Source: Actinomycetota bacterium (lineage in GTDB: Bacteria; Actinomycetota; CADDZG01; WHSQ01). Taken from it: DNA of 31,377 bases. The stretch covers positions 1-31,377 of the forward strand of contig JAHWJK010000002.1 of assembly GCA_019348445.1 (NCBI GenBank), in the 5' to 3' direction. The position numbers and the translations under genes were made by a program. Of the stretch, positions 1 through 7,513 are shown piece by piece; positions within the stretch are counted from its first letter, which is position 1; every line of letters starts with the position of its first letter. The notes under the pieces were generated by a model. That model was given only the letters and a program-made list of their open reading frames with translations, was not told where the DNA came from and ran no database searches.

Positions 1-158
1 GACTATCTATCTGGGACCACCTCCTTTCTCACGTGCCGCTATATAAGCACAGCGCATGTGCAATCGGCGCGACTTTCCAACCCGAAGTTCAAGCGACCCA
101 AGCTCGGGCGGGCGCGATGGGTACGCTCGATGCCACCGACGACCGAATGGAGGGATCG

Positions 159-284
159 ATGGAGCTGCTCTTCTTGCTCGTCCCCGCCCTATACATCGCC
201 ACGATCATCTTCGTGATCGTGCTCCTGTACCGGATGACGAACGCGGTCGAGCGGATCGCCGCCCACCTGGAGCGCAAGGGCTAA
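159..284 (+). CDS. 41-aa single-pass membrane microprotein (MELLFLLVPALYIATIIFVIVLLYRMTNAVERIAAHLERKG)
   Basis: SD-like GGAGGGA at 149-155 before ATG 159. One hydrophobic helix then an amphipathic tail. Almost all codons end in G/C. The 33..158 extension in the ORF track is probably non-coding. Confidence 0.7.
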   Translation: MELLFLLVPALYIATIIFVIVLLYRMTNAVERIAAHLERKG

Positions 285-302
285 TCGAAGCGGGCGCAGA
301 GC

Positions 303-308
303 TATACT
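303..308 (+). promoter_or_regulatory. putative -10 element (TATACT) for the acyl-CoA dehydrogenase operon
   Basis: TANNNT hexamer about 60 bp upstream of GTG 369, directly before the inverted repeat. Confidence 0.55.
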
Positions 309-313
309 CGGCA

Positions 314-341
314 ACGAACTTGACCGTTTAGTCAAGTTCGT
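314..341. promoter_or_regulatory. perfect 11-bp inverted repeat, probable repressor operator (TetR-like geometry)
   Basis: ACGAACTTGAC (314-324), 6-bp spacer, GTCAAGTTCGT (331-341). It lies over the expected transcription start and has no U-tract. Confidence 0.7.
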
Positions 342-368
342 CCCTCGGCCCCCGGGAGGCTTCTTCGC

Positions 369-1460
369 GTGCCATTCGATCTACAACTGACCGAAGAGCA
401 AGAGGCGCTCAAGGCCACGCTGCACGAGTTCTCCGAAGACGTCTTGCGGCCGGCGGCGCGGCCTTGCGAAGAGGCGAAAGAGACGTCTCCTGACATCCAC
501 CGGCAGGTACACGAGCTTGGCGTCACCGCGCCGGTGCCTGAAGAGTTCGGTGGAGGCGGCACCTTCGACTGCGTCACCTATTGCGTCGCCGCGGAAGAAC
601 TCGCGTTCGGCGACCCCGGCATCGCGTACCAGGTATTGGGTTCGGGCATCGCTGCGATCGTGCTCGGCCTCGCCGGCGACGACGACCACAAGGCGCGCCT
701 TCTGCCTCGCTTCGCCGAGCCAGAACCCGTCCCATCCTTCGTCGCCTACGGCGAGAAGGTCGCGCTCGGCGATCTCGAATCGCTGGAGACGGCGATCGAT
801 GCCGACAAGGTACGGGGGGAGAAATACGGAGTCCTAAACGCGTCGGATGCATCGCTCGGGATCGTCGTCGGCCGGACGCCAGATGGCCTGGGCGCGATCG
901 TTTTCGAAGGCAACGACGGCTACGACGTTGCCAAGCCGGAGAACAAGATGGGGCTCGAAGCCGCACCCACCTACGCAGTTCGGTTCGACGATGCCGGCGA
1001 AGCGCTGCCGGCGGGGCCCCAGCTCGAGCAAGCGATCCTGTGGACGAAGCTGATGACCGGGGCCATCGCGGTCGGGTGCGCCCGCGCGTCCTTCGAACAC
1101 GCGGCGAAGTACGCGACGGAGCGCGAGGCTTTCGGGAAGCCCATCGGAGCGTTCCAAGCGATCTCGCACCGGATCGCGGACATGGCGATCGAGATCGACG
1201 CGGCGCGGCTCTCCGTGTGGCGTGCCGCATGGAAGATCGATAGAGGAGAAGCAACGCACGCCGATGTCGCGCAGGCGAATGGGCAAGCACTCCAAGCTGC
1301 GTCGTACTGCGGTGACGAAGGGGTGCAGGTCCTCGGGGGCCACGGCTACATCCGCGACCATCCCGTAGAGAAGTGGTTCCGTGACGCGGTCACGTTGTCC
1401 GTGTTCGATCCTCCCGAACTCGGCGGCGACACTTTCGTCGCGAGGAGCGTCTTCGCGTGA
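369..1460 (+). CDS. fadE: acyl-CoA dehydrogenase, FadE24-like, probably the non-catalytic subunit
   Basis: ACAD motifs EELAFGD, ERxAFGKPIGAFQAI and QVLGGHGY..HPVEKWFRD. The catalytic (Y/F)EGT is replaced by FDPP and the TEPxAGSD motif is degenerate. SD GGGAGG. Confidence 0.93.
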   Translation: MPFDLQLTEEQEALKATLHEFSEDVLRPAARPCEEAKETSPDIHRQVHELGVTAPVPEEFGGGGTFDCVTYCVAAEELAFGDPGIAYQVLGSGIAAIVLGLAGDDDHKARLLPRFAEPEPVPSFVAYGEKVALGDLESLETAIDADKVRGEKYGVLNASDASLGIVVGRTPDGLGAIVFEGNDGYDVAKPENKMGLEAAPTYAVRFDDAGEALPAGPQLEQAILWTKLMTGAIAVGCARASFEHAAKYATEREAFGKPIGAFQAISHRIADMAIEIDAARLSVWRAAWKIDRGEATHADVAQANGQALQAASYCGDEGVQVLGGHGYIRDHPVEKWFRDAVTLSVFDPPELGGDTFVARSVFA

Positions 1461-2656
1461 CCGTTGACTTCGAGATAGACGAGAACCTCGCGTTCGTTCG
1501 CGATTACGTCCGCGCGTTCGCCAGAGACACGTTGCGTCCGCTCGCGCGCGAAGCCGACGAGAAGGGGAAGTTACCGACCGAGACGATCAAGCAGCTCGGC
1601 ACTTTCGCCGGGAATCGCGCCTCGATCATGCCGGAAGAAAACAAAGGCAACGGTGAGAAGAGGAGCTCGATCGCGGCGATGATGGCCGTCATCGGATCGG
1701 AAGAACTCGCATGGGGCGACCCGGCAGTCGTCTTGAACATCCCCGGCCCCGGACTCGCGGCACCGTCGATCCGTGCCGCCGGAACCCCGGAGCAACAGAA
1801 GAGATTCCTCGACGACATCTTCAACGTCGACTCCGGCGAGCCGCGCTTTGGCGCTCTCGCGGTGACCGAGCCGCAGGCAGGCTCGGATGTGTCGAACGTC
1901 CAGACAACGGCCGTTCAGGACGGCGACGAGTGGGTGCTCAACGGCACCAAGATGTACTGCACGAACGGGGCGAGAGCCGAGATCGTGGTGGTCAATGCCA
2001 CCGTCGACAAGAGCCTCGGCCGCCAGGGGCAGAAGTTCTTCGTCATCGAGAAGGGCGCGCCCGGCTTCAAGGTCGGCAAGATCGAGAAGAAGATGGGCCT
2101 CACGGCGTCTGAGACCGCCGAGCTGATCCTCGACGATTGTCGGATCCCGTTCGACAACATCTTGGGCGGCGCCGAAGCACTCGAGCCGAAGGGGTCGGGG
2201 TTCAAGGGAACGATGAAAGCGTTCGATTCGTCCCGTCCATCGGTCGCTGCGATGGCGCTCGGTATCGGACGAGCTGCATTCGAATACGCACGCGACTGGG
2301 TGTCGTCGGAGCTTCCTATGAACACAAGTTTCCCGCGTAAGGCTGCGATCGAGCAGAAGCTCGGGCGCATGAAACGCGAGCTGGACGCGGCCCGCGGCCT
2401 CGTGTGGCAGGCGGCGTGGATGGCCGACAACAAGATCCCGAACTCGAAGGAAGCATCGATGGCGAAGGCGTACGCGCCGCCCGCAGGGCTGCGCGCGTGT
2501 ATCGGCGCGATACAGATCATGGGCCCGGAGGGTTATTCCAAGGAACATCTCGTCGAGAAGTGGTTCCGCGACATCAAGGTCTACGACATCTTCGAAGGAA
2601 CCGGACAGATCCAGCGCGTCGTCATCAGTAGGAAGATCCTCGGCAGACTCGATTAG
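1457..2656 (+). CDS. fadE: acyl-CoA dehydrogenase, FadE23-like, catalytic subunit
   Basis: TEPQAGSDV, NGTKMYCTNG, EKKMGL, AWMADNKIPNSKEASMAK, EKWFRDIKVYDIFEGTGQIQ. GTGA overlap with the upstream gene. Confidence 0.96.
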   Translation: MTVDFEIDENLAFVRDYVRAFARDTLRPLAREADEKGKLPTETIKQLGTFAGNRASIMPEENKGNGEKRSSIAAMMAVIGSEELAWGDPAVVLNIPGPGLAAPSIRAAGTPEQQKRFLDDIFNVDSGEPRFGALAVTEPQAGSDVSNVQTTAVQDGDEWVLNGTKMYCTNGARAEIVVVNATVDKSLGRQGQKFFVIEKGAPGFKVGKIEKKMGLTASETAELILDDCRIPFDNILGGAEALEPKGSGFKGTMKAFDSSRPSVAAMALGIGRAAFEYARDWVSSELPMNTSFPRKAAIEQKLGRMKRELDAARGLVWQAAWMADNKIPNSKEASMAKAYAPPAGLRACIGAIQIMGPEGYSKEHLVEKWFRDIKVYDIFEGTGQIQRVVISRKILGRLD

Positions 2657-2671
2657 CAAGGGGGAACATCC

Positions 2672-3601
2672 ATGGCTTCTTTGGACGGAAAGGTAGCGAT
2701 CGTCACCGGCGCCGGCCGGGGGATCGGTCGCGAGCACGCGTTGTTGCTCGCGGCAGCCGGTGCGAAGGTCGTGGTCAACGACCTCGGAGGATCGACCGCG
2801 GGCGAGGGGAGTGACACGACTCCGGCGCAGTCGGTCGCGGACGAGATCAAAGCCGCCGGTGGCGAGGCGACCGCGAACTACGACAACGTCGCCGACTTCC
2901 AGGGCGCCGAGAACATGGTCAAGCAAGCGATCAGTGACTTCGGCGATCTGCACATCCTGGTGAACAACGCCGGGATCTTGCGCGACCGCATGCTCGTGAG
3001 CATGTCGGAGGCAGAGTGGGACGCGGTGATCAACGTTCACCTGAAGGGTCACTTCGCGCCGACACACCACGCCGCCGCGCACTGGCGCGCGAAGTCCAAG
3101 GAATCGGGTGGGCCCGTCTTCGGCCGAGTGATCAACACGTCGAGCCCGTCCGGTGTCTTCGGCAACGTCGGGCAGACGAACTACGGCGCCGCGAAAGCCG
3201 GGATCGCAGCGTTCACGATGATCGCTGCGCAGGAACTGGGTCGCTACGGCGTCACCGTCAACTGTCTGGCGCCGAACGCGCGCACTCGTATGACGGAAGA
3301 CATCTTCGCCGGCATGCCTCAGCCACAAGAGGGTGAGTACGACCCTCTCGATCCCAAGAACATCTCGCCGGTTGTGGTGGCTCTTGCCACTGAGGAAGCC
3401 GCCAACATCACCGGCCAGTGCTTCTTCATCTATGGCGGGGTGATCAACGTCCTGAAGCCGTGGGACGTCGGAACGTTTATCAAGAAAGACGACTATTGGG
3501 ACCCCGACGAGCTCGCCGCCAAGCTCAAGGAGACGTTCCCGAGCGGGATAGCACCGGAAGGCATGATGGCGATGTTGGGCAAAGCTGCAGGGCAGGCGTG
3601 A
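2672..3601 (+). CDS. SDR family oxidoreductase (3-hydroxyacyl-CoA dehydrogenase / MFE-2-dehydrogenase-like)
   Basis: TGAGRGIG, VVVNDLGG, NNAGILRD, YGAAK catalytic motif. SD GGGGGA. Confidence 0.94.
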   Translation: MASLDGKVAIVTGAGRGIGREHALLLAAAGAKVVVNDLGGSTAGEGSDTTPAQSVADEIKAAGGEATANYDNVADFQGAENMVKQAISDFGDLHILVNNAGILRDRMLVSMSEAEWDAVINVHLKGHFAPTHHAAAHWRAKSKESGGPVFGRVINTSSPSGVFGNVGQTNYGAAKAGIAAFTMIAAQELGRYGVTVNCLAPNARTRMTEDIFAGMPQPQEGEYDPLDPKNISPVVVALATEEAANITGQCFFIYGGVINVLKPWDVGTFIKKDDYWDPDELAAKLKETFPSGIAPEGMMAMLGKAAGQA

Positions 3602-4050
3602 TGGCGGAAGAAAAGATCGAATTCGAGCTCCCCGTGACCGAAGAGCATGTCAAGCGATTCGCCGCGGCCGTGGGAGAGGACGACAATCCCTTGTTCTTCG
3701 ACGCGCAGGCTGCGCAGGAACTCGGCCTGCCCGGCATCGTTGCGCCTCCAACGTTCACGGTGACGCAGATCTTCCAGGTCCCGCGCGACGAGCGGGAGCA
3801 AAGGCTCGGAGCGAACCTCGACTACGCCCGCGTTCTGCATGGCGAGCAGGAGTTCGTCTACAAGCGGCTTCCACTGGCGGGAGAGACGTTGAAGGGAACG
3901 ATGCGCATCTCGAAAGATTTCGAGAAAGAAGGGAAACGTGGAGGGTCGATGCGCTTCGTCACGTACGAGACCAAGTTCACCGATGCGGGTGACGACGAGG
4001 TGCTAACTGCGTATTACACGTTGATCCAGACCGCGAAGGATGTGGGCTAG
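3601..4050 (+). CDS. MaoC/FAS1-like hotdog dehydratase subunit (HadA-like, lacks the catalytic His motif)
   Basis: RFAAAVGEDDNPLFFD, APPTF, VLHGEQEF. ATG 3601 overlaps the SDR stop (TGATG). The ORF-track start at 3418 is too early. Confidence 0.88.
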   Translation: MAEEKIEFELPVTEEHVKRFAAAVGEDDNPLFFDAQAAQELGLPGIVAPPTFTVTQIFQVPRDEREQRLGANLDYARVLHGEQEFVYKRLPLAGETLKGTMRISKDFEKEGKRGGSMRFVTYETKFTDAGDDEVLTAYYTLIQTAKDVG

Positions 4051-4533
4051 ATGTCGGAGCAGAGAGTAGATACGGGGCGCATCTTTCCGAAGCGGATGAC
4101 GCTCGACGGCGTCACGCCGGGTATGGAACTGGAAGAGAAGGTGTTCGGCCCCGTTTCGCGTGAGGATTTCGTGCGTTACGCGGAAGCGTCGGGCGACGAC
4201 AACCCGATCCATCAGAACGAGGAGTACGCGAAGAAGTCGGGAGCGCCGACGGTGTTCGCGATGGGGATGTTGAACGCCGGTTACCTCGCGAAGGCGGTGT
4301 CGGAGTGGTTCGGGGGCCCGCAGTACCTCCGGCGGTACAAGGTTCGTTTCACGAACCGAGTGTGGCCCGGTGACGAGGTCGTCTGTACCGGCAAGGTCGT
4401 CTCGATCGAGGACGGACTCGTAAAGGTCTCGGTCTCGGCCTCCCGCCGCGGCCCCGGCCCCGAATCCCTCAACCTCGACGAGGAACAGACCGCGATAGTC
4501 GGGGAAGCCGACATAGAACTCCCGACCGACTAA
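4051..4533 (+). CDS. MaoC family (R)-specific hydratase/dehydratase (HadB-like catalytic subunit)
   Basis: Hydratase-2 motif YAEASGDDNPIH. Starts immediately after the upstream stop. Confidence 0.9.
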   Translation: MSEQRVDTGRIFPKRMTLDGVTPGMELEEKVFGPVSREDFVRYAEASGDDNPIHQNEEYAKKSGAPTVFAMGMLNAGYLAKAVSEWFGGPQYLRRYKVRFTNRVWPGDEVVCTGKVVSIEDGLVKVSVSASRRGPGPESLNLDEEQTAIVGEADIELPTD

Positions 4534-4595
4534 CCGTTCTCTGCTAACAACCGGCCCCCTAGAGGGTCGCCCACGACGCGCGAAAGGAGACGACG

Positions 4596-5432
4596 ATGCC
4601 GCTCAACACCGCTCTCGTCGGGAAGGAATACGACGCCGATAGCTACGAAGTCACTGCAGATGCGATCGAGAGATACGCCCGCGCAACGAACGATCTGAAC
4701 GAGCGCTACATCGGCGGCGACGACATCGTCGCATCACCGATCTTCCCGATCGTCCCCGCGTTCCAGTTCCTGATGAAGGCGGGCATGGATCCCGAGCTCG
4801 AGGCCGACCTCATGCGTCTGGTCCACGGAGAGGAAGAGCACGTCCTCCACAAGCCGATCCACCCCGGCGACACGCTGACCCTGACGCCGGTCATCGAGTC
4901 CATCGAGGCCAAGGAGACGGGCGAGACGTTCACGGTCAAGGTGACGGAGACGAACCAGGACGGCGATGTCGTGGCCGAGGTCCGGGCCACTTCCTTCATC
5001 CGGGGAAGCGGGAGCAAGAAGAGCGGCGGGGGCGCTGAAGAACCCCAGAGAGACGTCGTCCACGAGCACACTTTCAAGGTCGACGAGGATCAACCGGTCC
5101 GGTACGCCGAGGCCTCCGGTGACCCGAACCCCATCCACACCGACGAGAACATCGCCAAGATGGCGGGCTTTCCCGGCGTCATCAACCACGGGATGTGCAC
5201 GATGGCGATGGCGGTCAAGGGAGCCGTCGACGAGTTCGCGGGAGGAGACCCGACACGCGTCAAGCGAGTAGCCGTTCGGTTCTCGAAGCCGGTCTTCCCC
5301 GGACAGGAGCTCACGACGAAATTCTGGAAGGAGGGCTCCGGAGAAGGGACAACGATCTATGGGTTCGAGACCTACAACCCCGACGGTGCGGCCGCGATCA
5401 AGAACGCAACGATCGAGATCGCTAACGCTTAA
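4596..5432 (+). CDS. double-hotdog MaoC family enoyl-CoA hydratase 2
   Basis: N-terminal hotdog with LVHGEEEH; C-terminal YAEASGDPNPIH, HGMCTM and VRFSKPVFPG. SD AAAGGAG. Confidence 0.92.
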   Translation: MPLNTALVGKEYDADSYEVTADAIERYARATNDLNERYIGGDDIVASPIFPIVPAFQFLMKAGMDPELEADLMRLVHGEEEHVLHKPIHPGDTLTLTPVIESIEAKETGETFTVKVTETNQDGDVVAEVRATSFIRGSGSKKSGGGAEEPQRDVVHEHTFKVDEDQPVRYAEASGDPNPIHTDENIAKMAGFPGVINHGMCTMAMAVKGAVDEFAGGDPTRVKRVAVRFSKPVFPGQELTTKFWKEGSGEGTTIYGFETYNPDGAAAIKNATIEIANA

Positions 5433-5437
5433 CGACG

Positions 5438-6271
5438 CTAGAGACGCGTCAGGACCAGGAACACGCCGCCGCCGACGACCGCGAGCATCGAGAGCGCCAT
5501 CGTCACAGCCTTCATCTGGTCGTCCCGGTCGAACCCGAGACCCAGGACGATGCCTCCAAGGAGACCGCCCAGGTGCGCGAAGTTGTCCACGATCCCCGCA
5601 AGGAGCGTGAAACCGAGGACGACGTTCGCCACTATGAAGAACGAGATGCTGCGTAGGTACCGCATGATGAAGGTGGATCGCCGGCGCCGGTACAGATAGA
5701 CAAACAAGATCCCCGCGAGTCCAAAGATGGCTCCCGACGCGCCGAGACTGTTGTTGTCCGGCGGTATCACGAACGACAGAACGTTTCCCATGAATCCTGC
5801 AGCGAGATACATCAGCGCGAAGCGGACGCTTCCGAACGCTTGCTCGACGTTCGGCCCGAAGATGTAGAGCACGTATGAGTTCATGAGGATGTGGAAGATG
5901 CCGCCGTGCAGGAACATCGGCGTCACGAGCCGCCAGTATTGGCCGTTCTCGATCGCGAGAGGCGACATCAGCAGGCGCTCGGTGAGCCCGGGGACGAGCT
6001 GCTGACCCAGGAAGATCGCGATGTTTATACCGAGGATGGTCGTGACAACGGGAGCCGCGGCAGTCATCGCCGACCGGACCTTCGGAGCGCTCTTTCGCGC
6101 TTCCGCCACACATTCGGGACAGTGCTGACCCACCGATGCCGGGATCGCACAACGACCGCAGATCGGTCGGTCGCAGCGCGAACAATGCAGTCTCGTGGGG
6201 GTCTTCGGGTGGCCGTAGCAGTATTCGGTCTCTTCCGTGATTACTGCGGGAGTACCGGCGATCGGGTCCAT
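5438..6271 (-). CDS. rhomboid intramembrane serine protease with N-terminal Cys/His zinc finger
   Basis: WRLVTPMFLH, HILMN, GASG (Ser) and AHLGG (His). N-terminal CYGH..CSRCDRPICGRC..CPEC. Start re-placed at ATG 6271 (SD GGGAG). Confidence 0.93.
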   Translation of the reverse strand: MDPIAGTPAVITEETEYCYGHPKTPTRLHCSRCDRPICGRCAIPASVGQHCPECVAEARKSAPKVRSAMTAAAPVVTTILGINIAIFLGQQLVPGLTERLLMSPLAIENGQYWRLVTPMFLHGGIFHILMNSYVLYIFGPNVEQAFGSVRFALMYLAAGFMGNVLSFVIPPDNNSLGASGAIFGLAGILFVYLYRRRRSTFIMRYLRSISFFIVANVVLGFTLLAGIVDNFAHLGGLLGGIVLGLGFDRDDQMKAVTMALSMLAVVGGGVFLVLTRL

Positions 6272-6319
6272 GGATGCATGCTCCCACGGTGGTCGCGCTA
6301 AAAAACGACGACGCGCACC

Positions 6320-6325
6320 TATCCT
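6320..6325 (+). promoter_or_regulatory. -10 TATCCT, leaderless start of the EEP gene
   Basis: TANNNT 6 nt before GTG 6332, no SD. Confidence 0.5.
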
Positions 6326-6331
6326 CTCTTC

Positions 6332-6994
6332 GTGCCGACGATCCGCGTAGCGACATTCAACGTTCACCACTGTGAAGGTCTCGACGGACGGGTTGACGTC
6401 GAACGCACCGCCCGAGTGATCGAACGAACGCGAGCCGATCTCGTTGCCCTCCAAGAGCTGGACCGCGGCATGGAACGCAGCGGAGAGATCGATCAACCGG
6501 CCGAACTAGAGAGGCTCACCGGTCTCAGCGTCACGTTCCACGCAACCTTGCAACGAGGTGGCGGTGAGTACGGGATCGCGATCGCGGCGCGCGGGGGAGG
6601 ACCGTTCGGCTTCAAGCGGCTGCCGCAGGTCGCCGACGAGGAGCCCCGCGGTTACCACGTCGGGCCGTTCCGAGATGTGACCTTTCTCGGTGCGCACCTT
6701 TCCCTCCGGCCCCCCGCACGGGCACGACAGACGAGTGCAGTGATCGCGGGCCTGCGGGCTTTCGGAGGGCCGTTCGTTCTGCTCGGTGATCTCAACCAGA
6801 GCTCGTGGGCGCTGCGGAGAGCTTCCGGCGGGGCGTTCCGGGTCCCGTCATTCCCGAGACGGACCATGGCGAGACGCTGGGCGCAGCGGGACCACATCGT
6901 CGCCGGGAGGGGTGCCCGGGTCGTCACCAGAGATGTCATCGCAACCACCGCGTCGGACCACTACGCCCTGGTGGCCGACGTCGCATCTCCCTGA
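6332..6994 (+). CDS. endonuclease/exonuclease/phosphatase (EEP) family hydrolase
   Basis: RVATFNVH, DLVALQELD, YGIAI, GAHL, LLGDLN, RDHI, SDHYAL. Confidence 0.92.
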   Translation: MPTIRVATFNVHHCEGLDGRVDVERTARVIERTRADLVALQELDRGMERSGEIDQPAELERLTGLSVTFHATLQRGGGEYGIAIAARGGGPFGFKRLPQVADEEPRGYHVGPFRDVTFLGAHLSLRPPARARQTSAVIAGLRAFGGPFVLLGDLNQSSWALRRASGGAFRVPSFPRRTMARRWAQRDHIVAGRGARVVTRDVIATTASDHYALVADVASP

Positions 6995-7024
6995 TGTTGC
7001 TATTGTTGTTATTGTTAATTATTG
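6995..7024. repeat. AT-rich tract with three phased TATTG direct repeats
   Basis: TGTTGCTATTGTTGTTATTGTTAATTATTG has 7 G/C in 30 nt. TATTG occurs at 7001, 7010 and 7020. Confidence 0.75.
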
Positions 7025-7069
7025 AGCAAGCAGCTTCAGGGGATATCCGCTGTGACTGGGGAGCTACGT

Positions 7070-7501
7070 GTGACGATTCGGGCCATGCAGCGGGCACTGG
7101 TTGTAGTTGTCGCCGCGGCTGTGGCCGCGGCCTCCTTCGTCGCGTGCGGTTCGTCCGACGACGAGAACGTTCCCTCGTCCGCGGCAGCCGACGAAGCACG
7201 TGAGCTCGCGGACGAGGCTACCGAGGCGGTAACGGAGCTCGAGGCGAAAGCCGACGATCTCGCGGCGAAGCTCGATCGCATCGATGCCGACCGGCGCGAC
7301 CTTTCGAAGAAGTTCGACCGCATCCACAAAGACCTTCGCGACTCGATCGCGAACCTGAGGGCGTCGCTGTCGGATGCAACGTCCGATGCGGCGTCGGCAC
7401 GCGACTCCGCGCAGGCCGCACTCAACCAGCTCGACGGCGCGGTGAAGCGCCTCTCGGTCCTGGAGAACCGCTTCGACTACCACCTTCGCAACGACCACTA
7501 A
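7070..7501 (+). CDS. predicted lipoprotein with a long coiled coil
   Basis: Signal peptide with lipobox FVA|C, Ser/Asp linker, about 90 aa of heptad pattern. SD GGGGAG before GTG 7070 (ATG 7085 is an alternative start). Confidence 0.8.
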   Translation: MTIRAMQRALVVVVAAAVAAASFVACGSSDDENVPSSAAADEARELADEATEAVTELEAKADDLAAKLDRIDADRRDLSKKFDRIHKDLRDSIANLRASLSDATSDAASARDSAQAALNQLDGAVKRLSVLENRFDYHLRNDH

Positions 7502-7513
7502 GGGGGAGAGAGC

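Noticed and set aside
11-29. CTGGGACCACCTCCTTTCT resembles the 3' end of 16S rRNA (CTGGATCACCTCCTTTCT)
   Set aside because: The preceding bases (GACTATCTAT) do not match helix 45 (GAAGGTGCGG) and the core has mismatches. No ITS or tRNA follows.
1571-3328. 585-aa antisense ORF (likewise 4734..6356, 574..1290, 26093..26995, 29712..30638)
   Set aside because: Shadow ORFs opposite well-supported genes, expected from high-GC codon bias. No motifs.
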